64,000 bases of DNA from NCBI GenBank assembly GCA_964533855.1, contig CAZHNM010000011.1, positions 6,293-70,292 on the forward strand, given 5' to 3'. A program made the translations under genes and the position numbers. Origin of the DNA: an uncultured Brevinematales bacterium (GTDB taxonomy: Bacteria > Spirochaetota > Brevinematia > Brevinematales > JAOACQ01). The first letter of the stretch is position 1; each line of letters starts with the position of its first letter. The notes beneath the pieces were generated by a model that saw nothing but the letters and a program-made list of their open reading frames with translations, searched no databases and had not been told where the DNA came from. Positions 43,703 to 52,298 of the stretch are shown here, in pieces.

Positions 43703-45156
43703 CCCCTGATCCTGTACAGGGCCATCCTGTCGTCGCCGTAAATCCTGTCGGCAGGACCTGTATTAGTCAGATTGATTTTTTTATCTATAATGTATTTTAA
43801 AGGCGCGCCGTCTTTTTCATTCCACTCCCTGTGAAGGAGTTCTTTTGCGGTTATTTCATAAAAAACCTTTTTATATTCCGTCCTGACCTGGAAAGGCCTG
43901 CCCCTCGCGTCGTCGAGCAGGGCATTCACGTAGCCGTACTGCCTGGGGAGGCTTGACGGCCCGATAACGATCAGGAAATAATAAATCGCCAGCGCCGAAC
44001 CGGCAGCCGTGAAGATGACCGGGGGCGCATACTTTATATTATCGATAATTGCGGGGGCGCCTTCAAGCCTTCTTAAAAGCAGGAGGAGCGGGAAGAATGC
44101 GAAGCCGTATACCGGCAGGTAATAATGGGTCGGAAGCGAGGGTATTCTGAACGCCGTAAAGCCGAAAATAAGGCCCCCGATGACCAGGAAGAAAAATATC
44201 AATGCGCCCCTGTCCGTTTCATTCAATTTTTTAATCCTGAATAAAGCGGCAACGGAGTATACGGCGGCGGACACGCTGAGTATGAGGCTTGCGAAATAAA
44301 CCGCTCCCGCCGGCCAGGCCGCATACCATGGGACGAGCCCCAGAAAATTGGAGACTTCCGACATATATCCGTTCAAAACTATGTCGAGGGTAGGGAACAG
44401 CAGGAGGTACGACAGGACCGGGAAGGAAGCGCTTCCCGATTTCCCCATCGACAATATAGCGAGGGTGTTTTGAAAATGATTTCCGAGCTCGCTTAAGAGG
44501 TAGGGAACGTAAAGCAGGGCGGCTCCCGATATCCCCAGCCAGAAATATTTTTTATTCCGCCCCCTGTAAAAACAGAGGAAATAAACTGCGAGAATCAGGG
44601 GAAGGTAAAAAAATGCGGTGAAATGGAGCTGCGCCATCAGGGCGCTCAGGGGAAGGAGCAGGAACAATAACACGGGATTATCTTTCCCGGAAAACACCTC
44701 GAGCAGCATCGCCGCAAGGACAAGGGACAGCATCGCCGCGTAGTACGGGTTCCATGTCCCCGACTCCATCATCATGATCCTGGGGCTGAAGAGAAGAAGG
44801 GAAGCGGCGATAAACATTGCAGGCGGCCCGTAATGCTTGCGGACGGTATAGAGGAAGAATACGGCGGCGCACAGCATGAGAGCCGTCGAATAAAGGTCGA
44901 ATGCCAGAGGCGTATCGAAGAGCAGGGCCGGGATGGAAAGCAGAATATAATACCCTCCCCCCGGTATGCATGCGCTGTTCCCCGAGAGGTTCGGCCCCTT
45001 GAAGGGGATAACCGCATGGGCGTAAAGACTTTTAGCGTCCCTGATATGGTCGAAGTCATCCAGGAGAAAATAATCATTGAAGCATGTAAAGGACCTTGTA
45101 ATAATAAAAGCGGCGATAATAAAGAGAAGCAGCAATAGTTCCTTACGCTGCTTCAT
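43699..45156 (-). CDS. GT-C-like polytopic membrane protein, paralog B
   Basis: Start at ATG 45156 (MKQRKELLLLLFII). Acidic loop FLLDDFDHIRDAKSLY. C-terminal GRPFQVR...NEKDGAPLKYIIDK...NTGPADRIYGDDRMALYRIRG. The track start at 45243 adds a non-hydrophobic leader overlapping the upstream gene. Confidence 0.6.
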   Translation of the reverse strand: MKQRKELLLLLFIIAAFIITRSFTCFNDYFLLDDFDHIRDAKSLYAHAVIPFKGPNLSGNSACIPGGGYYILLSIPALLFDTPLAFDLYSTALMLCAAVFFLYTVRKHYGPPAMFIAASLLLFSPRIMMMESGTWNPYYAAMLSLVLAAMLLEVFSGKDNPVLLFLLLPLSALMAQLHFTAFFYLPLILAVYFLCFYRGRNKKYFWLGISGAALLYVPYLLSELGNHFQNTLAILSMGKSGSASFPVLSYLLLFPTLDIVLNGYMSEVSNFLGLVPWYAAWPAGAVYFASLILSVSAAVYSVAALFRIKKLNETDRGALIFFFLVIGGLIFGFTAFRIPSLPTHYYLPVYGFAFFPLLLLLRRLEGAPAIIDNIKYAPPVIFTAAGSALAIYYFLIVIGPSSLPRQYGYVNALLDDARGRPFQVRTEYKKVFYEITAKELLHREWNEKDGAPLKYIIDKKINLTNTGPADRIYGDDRMALYRIRG

Positions 45157-46351
45157 TGTTTTCCCCGATGACCGGCAATTTTTTGAAATTATCGTACAAT
45201 AGTTTAATAACTGCGATGAAAACCCCGAATGTGAGGAACTCATAATTCATTAATTTAGGGCCCCCGAGCGGGGAGAGATAGCATAAAAACGACGCTGCCC
45301 AGATAATGACAGGCAGGTAAAAATTTCGCGGTTTATAAAACAGGTATAATAAACCAAGGGCATCCGCGACATAAAAATAGCGTTCATGCATGCGCGGGAG
45401 GAAAAACGGAATTATCACGCTTAAAGTATATGCATATTCTATTACTATCGATTTTTCTTTTTCAAGGCCCCCGTCTTTCCATTTCCTGGCAAGCCAGGCG
45501 AAAACCAGCAGTCCCGTGAAAATAATTCCCGATATGAGGATCAAATCATATAGATCCCGGTTGAAAAACCACCTGTAATCCGACCACTGGTAAATATTCG
45601 GAAGCCCCATTTTTATATCGTATTTGTATTCGCTTATCTGGTTCCCGTAGATCCAGAACAGGCTGCTCAAAGGACGGCCGGCTAAAGCCGCCGGAATTAT
45701 CGTTAAAATGTAAACGCCGGGCAGGAATAAGAAATGCCATGTTTTCAAATACTTTTTCAGCCAGAATAGTATAAATAAGGGAAAAATAAATACAGCCTGC
45801 AATTTTATGGATAGGGCGACGGCGTAAGATAATATCGAAGACAACATTTTATTCTTCAGGAAGAAATAAATGGAAATGATGATAAATGTTGTGAATATTA
45901 TATCGCACTGGCCCCAGTAAGAGGAATTGACAACAACGGTAGGAATAAAAAGAAAGGAAACATAACCTATCGCGGGCAGGATGGAGCCTTTGCCGTATAA
46001 TTCTTTGAGGATCTTATAAATATAAAAAGCCCCTATGAAATCGAATAAAATTGACAGCATCTTGATCGCAATCATCGCCGGAATGGGCAGAGCTGTTATA
46101 ATTGAAATTCCATAAAGGTATAATGGGGTATAATCATAAAATGCCGATTTAAACGCCTGGATAAACCCCAGCTTCTTTATATGATCCGCCCAGGGCTGCA
46201 TTGAAACAACCATATCGTTGGAAATTCCGTTTATAAGGGCTATTCTTATCACTAAAGCCATTATCGAACCGGCTGTAAAAATCAATAATATCATGTTCTT
46301 TTGCATGAATATTTTAATTGAATTAAAAGCAACTAAAGTACCGATCCTCAT
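45143..46351 (-). CDS. Polytopic membrane glycosyltransferase candidate (GT87/DUF2029/PIG-V-like)
   Basis: TM1, then ISNDMVVSMQPWADHIKKLGF...FYDYTPLYLY, reminiscent of DUF2029/GT87 mannosyltransferases. About 11 TM helices. Confidence 0.55.
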   Translation of the reverse strand: MRIGTLVAFNSIKIFMQKNMILLIFTAGSIMALVIRIALINGISNDMVVSMQPWADHIKKLGFIQAFKSAFYDYTPLYLYGISIITALPIPAMIAIKMLSILFDFIGAFYIYKILKELYGKGSILPAIGYVSFLFIPTVVVNSSYWGQCDIIFTTFIIISIYFFLKNKMLSSILSYAVALSIKLQAVFIFPLFILFWLKKYLKTWHFLFLPGVYILTIIPAALAGRPLSSLFWIYGNQISEYKYDIKMGLPNIYQWSDYRWFFNRDLYDLILISGIIFTGLLVFAWLARKWKDGGLEKEKSIVIEYAYTLSVIIPFFLPRMHERYFYVADALGLLYLFYKPRNFYLPVIIWAASFLCYLSPLGGPKLMNYEFLTFGVFIAVIKLLYDNFKKLPVIGENNEAA

Positions 46352-46472
46352 CCCGTTATCCTTTTAAATCATTCGATCAGGGCAATATTATATTGGAAGG
46401 TCTCGAAATGTTCAAGAAAGAAATGGCAAATGCGTAATTGGATTTTTTAAGAGCGTCCTATTATAATTTGGT

Positions 46473-48167
46473 ATGTTTAAAAAGCCTGACTTCAGGAAAT
46501 TGACGCCTTACGCCATTGTCTGCGCGATGGCCCTGCTCGCCTGCATTGTCCCAGCGCTCCGTAACAGGTGGCCCGATAACCATGACGGCGACGCCGTATT
46601 TAAAAGCGTTACTGTATTCAAGGATATGGTTTTCCGTTTCCATGAATATTTCCCGGCCTGGACCGCCTACGGCAGCTACGGTCTGGGCTCTCCGATGCCC
46701 TTTTTTTACCATCACGTCTATTTTTACATTGCTTCATCCATAGACCTGATTTTCAATGATGTTATCGTTTCAGTTAAAATTTCGATATTTCTGCTTTTGA
46801 CAGCGGGCGGCACGGCTGTTTACATGACCGTGAAAAAGCTTTTTAACAGGACCTTCTACGGCATTGTCGCGGCAGGCCTTTTTATCTTCTCGAGTTATAC
46901 TTATACCCAGTGGCTTATAAGGGGAGCTTATGCCGAATTAACTGCTTCCGTTGTATTTGTCTGGATTCTGTTTATTTTCTCGAGGATCGGATCCAGATTC
47001 GCCTCCATCGATTTCCTGACCGCCGGGATCCTCTTTTCCATTTTACTCTATTCTCATAACCTGATCTTCCTCTTTGCACTTTTCTCCTTTGCCGTTTTTT
47101 TAGCAGTCCATATAAAAGAATGCCTCAGGGCCCCTTTTAAGCCCCTGCTTTCAGCCGTTTTCCCCGTAATTACTATCCTTCCTTATATTTTTCCGTACAT
47201 CGCCTTAAAAGGCCTCTTCGATATGGATCATCCGATTATGGCTTTTAAAATTAAAGATTCTTTTATCGAAATATACAGGTACTTTTTCGATAATCATTAC
47301 AACATGGGAGAGACATGGCTGAACCTTTCCCCCGAGATCGGGAGGTTCTTTTTCCTGCCCCTTGTTGTCCTCATTATAATATTCCTGGTCAGGAAGAGGC
47401 GCCTCCTGCCCGATCCGCCTGAAAGCGGAAATGAAATTCCTGTAAAAAAATACATGATCTTTGTTTTTATTATGCTTGTCTTTTACATTTTCCTCCAGCT
47501 TCCCGCTTCAATACCCTTTTATTACAGCTTCGTTTATTTCAAGTATCTGCAGTTTCCCTGGCGTCTTTTATGCATGATAACACCCCTGGCAATCATCCTT
47601 TTTATTTATTACTCGCACGCATCTGCCGCTCTTTTCAAAAAAATAAACGGTAAAAAAGCCGTAGATGCGGGCCTGGCCTTGATACTCCTTGTACAGGCAG
47701 TCTGGGTCGGCGGAAATTATCAGTTTTACAGGTACAGGGCGTTTTCCTCGGAAGAGCTGCATAAAAGGGTTTCAAGGGAGAACCTGGTTGCCAACTTCTA
47801 CTGGGGAGAATATATGCCTCCCGGATTCAGGCAGAAGAATATTTCGTCGCTTCTTGAAAACAGGGGCCTGAAAGTTATTTCATCGAGCGATCCCGGCCTC
47901 TTCTCGGAAATACGGGAATTCGATAAAATACATATAGAGCTCGCGCCGGGCGATGGGAAAGGGACTATCGTTCTTAACCAGATACGCAGCCCGTTCATAA
48001 CCCTGAAGTATTCCTCAAATATCAGCGTCTCAAACGGAGATTACCAGGAGGCCGTTTTTCACCAGGCCGGCGACGGGAAGCCCTCTTATATCGACATAGC
48101 AAAAACCTCACTTATCGGGCTTGACGCTTACTGCATCGGAGAAGAACTTGTGAAAGCGGGATTATAA
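46473..48167 (+). CDS. Large polytopic membrane protein, possibly GT-C-like, with a C-terminal soluble domain
   Basis: TM1, then the loop WPDNHDGDAVFKSVTVF. About 12 TM helices. The C-terminal about 170 aa are soluble. Transcribed divergently from the minus-strand GT-C operon. Confidence 0.55.
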   Translation: MFKKPDFRKLTPYAIVCAMALLACIVPALRNRWPDNHDGDAVFKSVTVFKDMVFRFHEYFPAWTAYGSYGLGSPMPFFYHHVYFYIASSIDLIFNDVIVSVKISIFLLLTAGGTAVYMTVKKLFNRTFYGIVAAGLFIFSSYTYTQWLIRGAYAELTASVVFVWILFIFSRIGSRFASIDFLTAGILFSILLYSHNLIFLFALFSFAVFLAVHIKECLRAPFKPLLSAVFPVITILPYIFPYIALKGLFDMDHPIMAFKIKDSFIEIYRYFFDNHYNMGETWLNLSPEIGRFFFLPLVVLIIIFLVRKRRLLPDPPESGNEIPVKKYMIFVFIMLVFYIFLQLPASIPFYYSFVYFKYLQFPWRLLCMITPLAIILFIYYSHASAALFKKINGKKAVDAGLALILLVQAVWVGGNYQFYRYRAFSSEELHKRVSRENLVANFYWGEYMPPGFRQKNISSLLENRGLKVISSSDPGLFSEIREFDKIHIELAPGDGKGTIVLNQIRSPFITLKYSSNISVSNGDYQEAVFHQAGDGKPSYIDIAKTSLIGLDAYCIGEELVKAGL

Positions 48168-48268
48168 TATCACCACGGCTCAATTATTATTATGGGGCGA
48201 TAGGAGGTGGACTATTTGGAGGAGCGTTCGGAGCATTTGCGGGCGCCGAGGCGGCGGCCGGGAATTTA

Positions 48269-49096
48269 GTGGCTGAATACGGGCTTTTGATTTGCGGTGG
48301 AGGCGGTGATATATATGTTACAGCGGATACTGTCAACCAGATGTTAAACAACGGTAATGGTGCTGCAGGCTTGTACCCTGAAGGCGGTTCTGGTCCCGGA
48401 GGGGACGAAGAGGGGAATAGCTCGGATCCCTCATTTGACGAATACACACAGCAGCAAGCATTGCAAGAGAGAATTGATGAAAAGGCGGAGGCAGGAGCTG
48501 AAGAAGATATGAACCAAATGAGCTTACAATATGTCGAATATGTCTATATGCAAAGCCATGCGCCGGATACATTACAGATGTTGAATAATTTAAAGGATTG
48601 CGGTACTAATTATTCTTCTACTGTAGATGGTATAAACTTTATCTTTCCTAAAAAAGAATTTAGCCCACCAGGTTCGACATTAACTCCTAGTCAGCCGACT
48701 CCTATCGATCAGGCTATTGAAAATTTAAATCCGCAAGCTCTTGACCTTTTGATAGATATGGCGACTCAAAATAATATATCGGATATAGAGATATCTAGTA
48801 TGTGGAGAAATGATCCCAAGAAATATGGAACTGATGACCCGCACAATGACGGTTATAGTGTTGATGTTTTAGCGGTGTGGTCAACCGGTACTCGATACTC
48901 TTTCAATAATCTTGCAAGCGATAATACTTTTCAAAATGGAATATATAATTGGCTTCAACCAAATTCCAGTGAACTTTTAGATCCATGGCAAATGTATTAT
49001 GGAAGCGGTAATCCTGTACCTAATTATAATAGAACACAAGTTGAAAAAGATCACCAATCCCATTTTCATATAACAGGTTGGATTCTATTATGGTGA
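48269..49096 (+). CDS. Putative LAS/M15-type zinc peptidase (peptidoglycan hydrolase-like) with a Gly-zipper N-terminal extension; start unresolved
   Basis: HNDGYSVD fits the M15 metal motif HxxGxAxD (A->S), and KDHQSHFHITG fits the terminal (D/E)xxH / HxH motif. The in-frame upstream sequence (from about 48191) encodes GAIGGGLFGGAFGAFAGAEAAAG but has no in-frame ATG. The track start is a GTG. Confidence 0.45.
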   Translation: MAEYGLLICGGGGDIYVTADTVNQMLNNGNGAAGLYPEGGSGPGGDEEGNSSDPSFDEYTQQQALQERIDEKAEAGAEEDMNQMSLQYVEYVYMQSHAPDTLQMLNNLKDCGTNYSSTVDGINFIFPKKEFSPPGSTLTPSQPTPIDQAIENLNPQALDLLIDMATQNNISDIEISSMWRNDPKKYGTDDPHNDGYSVDVLAVWSTGTRYSFNNLASDNTFQNGIYNWLQPNSSELLDPWQMYYGSGNPVPNYNRTQVEKDHQSHFHITGWILLW

Positions 49097-49123
49097 CAAG
49101 TATAATTTAATTAGGAGTTTTCA

Positions 49124-49963
49124 ATGTATAGATTTTTTTCATGTTTGACTATCATTAATATGTTTTTGTTTAGTGAATTATTTGCAAAAAGCTACAATTT
49201 TACTCTAACCTTAGAAAAAGATGTGAGTGTTTATCCAGCACCTGAATTTAGCCCGTCAAATTTAATAAAAATGGAAATTGGGCATATTATTATGATTATC
49301 TCTAATTCATTTAAACAGGTAACATTAAGCAACAAGACCGGCAATTGGTTGTTCATTGATGCTGGTTATTATAATAGCGGTGAGAATACTACAATAAAGG
49401 GGTGGGTGCCGAGTTTTTATATAGCGGAAAAGAAGGATTTTAAAAAAGTAACTAAATTTGGAGAATATGAACTTGAAGGCTGGGTTGGAGATTACAGATT
49501 TGATTACAAATTTAACAAAGATGGAACAGTTATAGATACATTGTATAAAGAGGGGATTTATGAAGCGACTATAAAATGTAATCTTTATTGTAAAGATAAA
49601 GTTTTATTTGTTGAAGTTCAATATAAAGGTGATGATTCATTTCAAATATTCTATTTAAACGAAACGGGTGATTTATTCCTTCAAGAAATGCCCATCAAAG
49701 CCAAACGCATCGATGTTGTACCTTTATTGAATACTAATAATTTATTCTATTCGATAACAGGTGACAATGTAAATGTGCGCGCGGATGCCTCGGTAGATGG
49801 CAAAATATTAACCCTGTTATCGAAAGGTGCACGAGTGAAGTTGATCAAGAGGTCAGATATAGAACTCTATATCGGTGATAAGAAGGGTCATTGGGCATAT
49901 ATAGAAACCGGTGTGATCAAGGGATGGGTCTTTGATTATTATCTCAAGGAAGAAGGGAATTAA
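49124..49963 (+). CDS. Secreted protein with a C-terminal bacterial SH3 domain
   Basis: Signal-like N-terminus (FFSCLTIINMFLFSELFA). C-terminal SH3b pattern (VNVRADASVDGKILTLLSKGARVKLIKRS...GHWAYIETGVIKGWVFDYYL). AGGAG RBS. Very AT-rich. Confidence 0.6.
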   Translation: MYRFFSCLTIINMFLFSELFAKSYNFTLTLEKDVSVYPAPEFSPSNLIKMEIGHIIMIISNSFKQVTLSNKTGNWLFIDAGYYNSGENTTIKGWVPSFYIAEKKDFKKVTKFGEYELEGWVGDYRFDYKFNKDGTVIDTLYKEGIYEATIKCNLYCKDKVLFVEVQYKGDDSFQIFYLNETGDLFLQEMPIKAKRIDVVPLLNTNNLFYSITGDNVNVRADASVDGKILTLLSKGARVKLIKRSDIELYIGDKKGHWAYIETGVIKGWVFDYYLKEEGN

Positions 49964-50265
49964 TTTAGTACTAATGTTAGAGTAAATTATTCTTTGTTCT
50001 GGTAGAATTTAAATTAAGGTCAAAAAATGATAACTTCTTGTAATGAGTTTCACCGGGACAGGTAATAAGGACAGGTTTGAGTATTGCCCCGAATGCGGAA
50101 AGGAATATTCGGCGGAATCGGCGATTCCTCCGAGGGTTAAACTGATAAATCGAAGATCCGGATGGCAAAACTTAATAGAAAATAATTAATGATATTTTAA
50201 TAAAAATGCACAGTGAATAAATAATTTCGATTAAATTAGTTGAAATTTTAATACAGGAGTTAAAT

Positions 50266-50757
50266 ATGAAGAAAAACTTTTTGTTTGCCGGAGTCATTAT
50301 CGCAATGTTATCAGGTTTTGCCTCAACAGGTTTCGGCGCTGCATGGACCCAGTGGATGAATTTTAATGGATGTGGAGGTCAGGGTAATGAAACTAATCCG
50401 GTTCAGTATGATTATTATTCTATTAATTATGATGTTAATTTAAAAAGTGCGTATATCGAAGTCGATTATTATGGCGGCAACGCTTCATCAGATACAGGCG
50501 GCTCTCAATCACGGACTTATAGACTGTATGAGAATACAAATCCAAAGTTATTTTCATATGTAAATAATATCCTCATGCTATGTTTGAATTCTGTTAACCA
50601 GATCGCTGAACCTGCCGCAAATAATGATGCTGATAATGATTCAGGATATATGTATTTTAGTTTTTTTACTGAAACAACTAATTCCACAGGAGGAGACGGC
50701 GTTTCTTACCGGGCTATACTGGGTATCAAGACAGGATCATTGAGACAGAAAAGTTAA
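50266..50757 (+). CDS. Secreted hypothetical protein
   Basis: Signal peptide MKKNFLFAGVIIAMLSGFASTGFGAA. AGGAG RBS at 50254-58. No recognisable domain. Confidence 0.45.
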   Translation: MKKNFLFAGVIIAMLSGFASTGFGAAWTQWMNFNGCGGQGNETNPVQYDYYSINYDVNLKSAYIEVDYYGGNASSDTGGSQSRTYRLYENTNPKLFSYVNNILMLCLNSVNQIAEPAANNDADNDSGYMYFSFFTETTNSTGGDGVSYRAILGIKTGSLRQKS

Positions 50758-50882
50758 ATGATGTGGAAAAAGGTGCATATTGCCGGTCTGTCTGATTGCC
50801 CCGTTGCTTGTCAGATTATCATATTTGATTTAAAATAAATCCTGTTTATCAAATTATAGAAGAATTGCAGGATTTAAGAAAT

Positions 50883-51842
50883 ATGAATAAAACCTTTAAA
50901 CTCTCGGTTATTGTTCCCGTCTATAACGAGGAAAAAAATATACCCGTCCTGCTCGAACGGCTTAAAAAAGTCATAGATACGATAGGCTGCGGTTATGAAA
51001 TAATATTTTCGATGGACCCATGCAAAGACAGGACCGGGGAATTGATTCTTGAAGCCAGGAAAAAGGACAATAATATAAAACTGATCAGGATGTCCCGGCG
51101 TTTCGGACAGCCTGCCAGCACGATAGCCGGGATACATTACTGCACGGGCGACGCCTGCGTCGTGATCGACGCGGACCTGCAGGACCCTCCCGAACTGATA
51201 AAAGATATGGTGGAGAAGTGGAAAGAGGGGTACCATGTCGTATATGCCCAGAGGAAAAGCAGGAAGGGAGAGACCTTCATCAAGAGGATCGTCGCATTTC
51301 TCGGGTATAAAATAATAAACAGGATCTCCGATGTCAATATTCCCAGGAACACCGGGGATTTCCGCCTGATGAGCAGGGAAGTGATAGACAACCTGAAGCT
51401 TTTGAAGGAAAACGACGCCTTCTTGAGGGGCCTTGTCGGCTACATCGGCTTCAACCAGATAGGCATACAATATGAAAGGGATTCGAGGCTCAGCGGAAAG
51501 GGCAAGTATAACAGGTTTTTCGGCTCCCTTAAAATAGGCCTGAACGGAATCCTCAGCTTTTCGAAATATCCCCTGGACCTTATATCGATCTCAGGCGTCA
51601 TAATCGCATGCTTGAGCTTTCTGCTCGGGATTTTTTACATAGTTTTCAGCCTGATGCATATCAGAATACCATGGGGTAATCCCACCCTCGTCATTTTAAT
51701 ATCGTTTTACAGCGGAATCCAGCTTTTGAGCCTGGGAATCATCGGGCAGTATCTCGCGAGAATGTTCGACGAGGTCAAAGGCAGGCCCGTCTTTATAGTC
51801 CAGGAAGCCCATGGATTTGAAATCAAAAATATTAATAAGTAA
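50883..51842 (+). CDS. Family-2 glycosyltransferase, polyprenyl-phosphate sugar synthase type (GtrB/ArnC/DPM1-like)
   Basis: LSVIVPVYNEEKNI, VIDADLQDPPELI (DxD...QDPP) and two C-terminal TM helices, as in GtrB/ArnC. ATG 50883 is preferred over the TTG at 50865. Confidence 0.85.
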   Translation: MNKTFKLSVIVPVYNEEKNIPVLLERLKKVIDTIGCGYEIIFSMDPCKDRTGELILEARKKDNNIKLIRMSRRFGQPASTIAGIHYCTGDACVVIDADLQDPPELIKDMVEKWKEGYHVVYAQRKSRKGETFIKRIVAFLGYKIINRISDVNIPRNTGDFRLMSREVIDNLKLLKENDAFLRGLVGYIGFNQIGIQYERDSRLSGKGKYNRFFGSLKIGLNGILSFSKYPLDLISISGVIIACLSFLLGIFYIVFSLMHIRIPWGNPTLVILISFYSGIQLLSLGIIGQYLARMFDEVKGRPVFIVQEAHGFEIKNINK

Positions 51843-51854
51843 CCCGCGGGTATT

Positions 51855-52298
51855 ATGAGAAAGAGATTATGGACATATTTAAAGGAATTATACTTTAAAA
51901 TAGAAATTTTTAAAAAAATAAAATTTTTATCGATAGGCGGCACGACCTATTTATTGAACATGTCCGCCGTTTATTTAACGCATGAAATTTTAAGGCTTGA
52001 CAGCAACACGTCTTTTACGATTTCGTATGTTATCGGGCTGATCTATCATTTTACACTCAACAAGATTTTTGTTTTCCAGGAAAAGAAATTATCGCGGCTT
52101 AAATACCAGATAATACAATATTTAATACTGTCCCTTATAAATTACCTGATCCAGCTTGGCGTCCTTAACCTTTTCCTCCTGCTGAAAGTCAGTATTTATA
52201 TAGGCGTTTCCGCAGGAATTGCGCTGACATTGACATTGACATATTTTATAATGAACAGTCTGATCTTCAAAAAAAACAAGGAATTGGAGTTAAAATGA
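51855..52298 (+). CDS. GtrA-family small membrane protein (putative polyprenyl-P-sugar flippase)
   Basis: 147 aa with 4 TM helices. KFLSIGGTTYLLNMSAVYLTHEIL pattern. Located directly after the GtrB-like GT2. ATGA overlap with the next gene. Confidence 0.7.
   Translation: MRKRLWTYLKELYFKIEIFKKIKFLSIGGTTYLLNMSAVYLTHEILRLDSNTSFTISYVIGLIYHFTLNKIFVFQEKKLSRLKYQIIQYLILSLINYLIQLGVLNLFLLLKVSIYIGVSAGIALTLTLTYFIMNSLIFKKNKELELK

Noticed and set aside
48190-48447. 85-aa Pro/Ala-rich minus-strand ORF.
   Set aside because: It is the antisense reading of the Gly-rich (GGN-codon) N-terminal region of the plus-strand peptidase-like gene. The Pro-rich low complexity is the expected mirror artefact.
49977-50189. 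Minus-strand 63-aa ORF (49977..50168), and on the plus strand a 48-aa ORF (50043..50189, MSFTGTGNKDRFEYCPECGKEYSAE…) resembling half of a zinc ribbon.
   Set aside because: The minus-strand ORF has no RBS or motif. The plus-strand ORF has only one CPxCG knuckle and no clear RBS, so it may be a gene remnant within the AT-rich island. The evidence is too weak to call a gene.
50874-51470. 198-aa minus-strand ORF and other long antisense ORFs in the glycan/heptose/GltB region (for example 56708..57334, 57784..58569, 58119..58646, 60278..60712, 61331..61834).
   Set aside because: Each lies opposite a plus-strand CDS with clear catalytic motifs and operon-style start/stop coupling. None has a recognisable domain.
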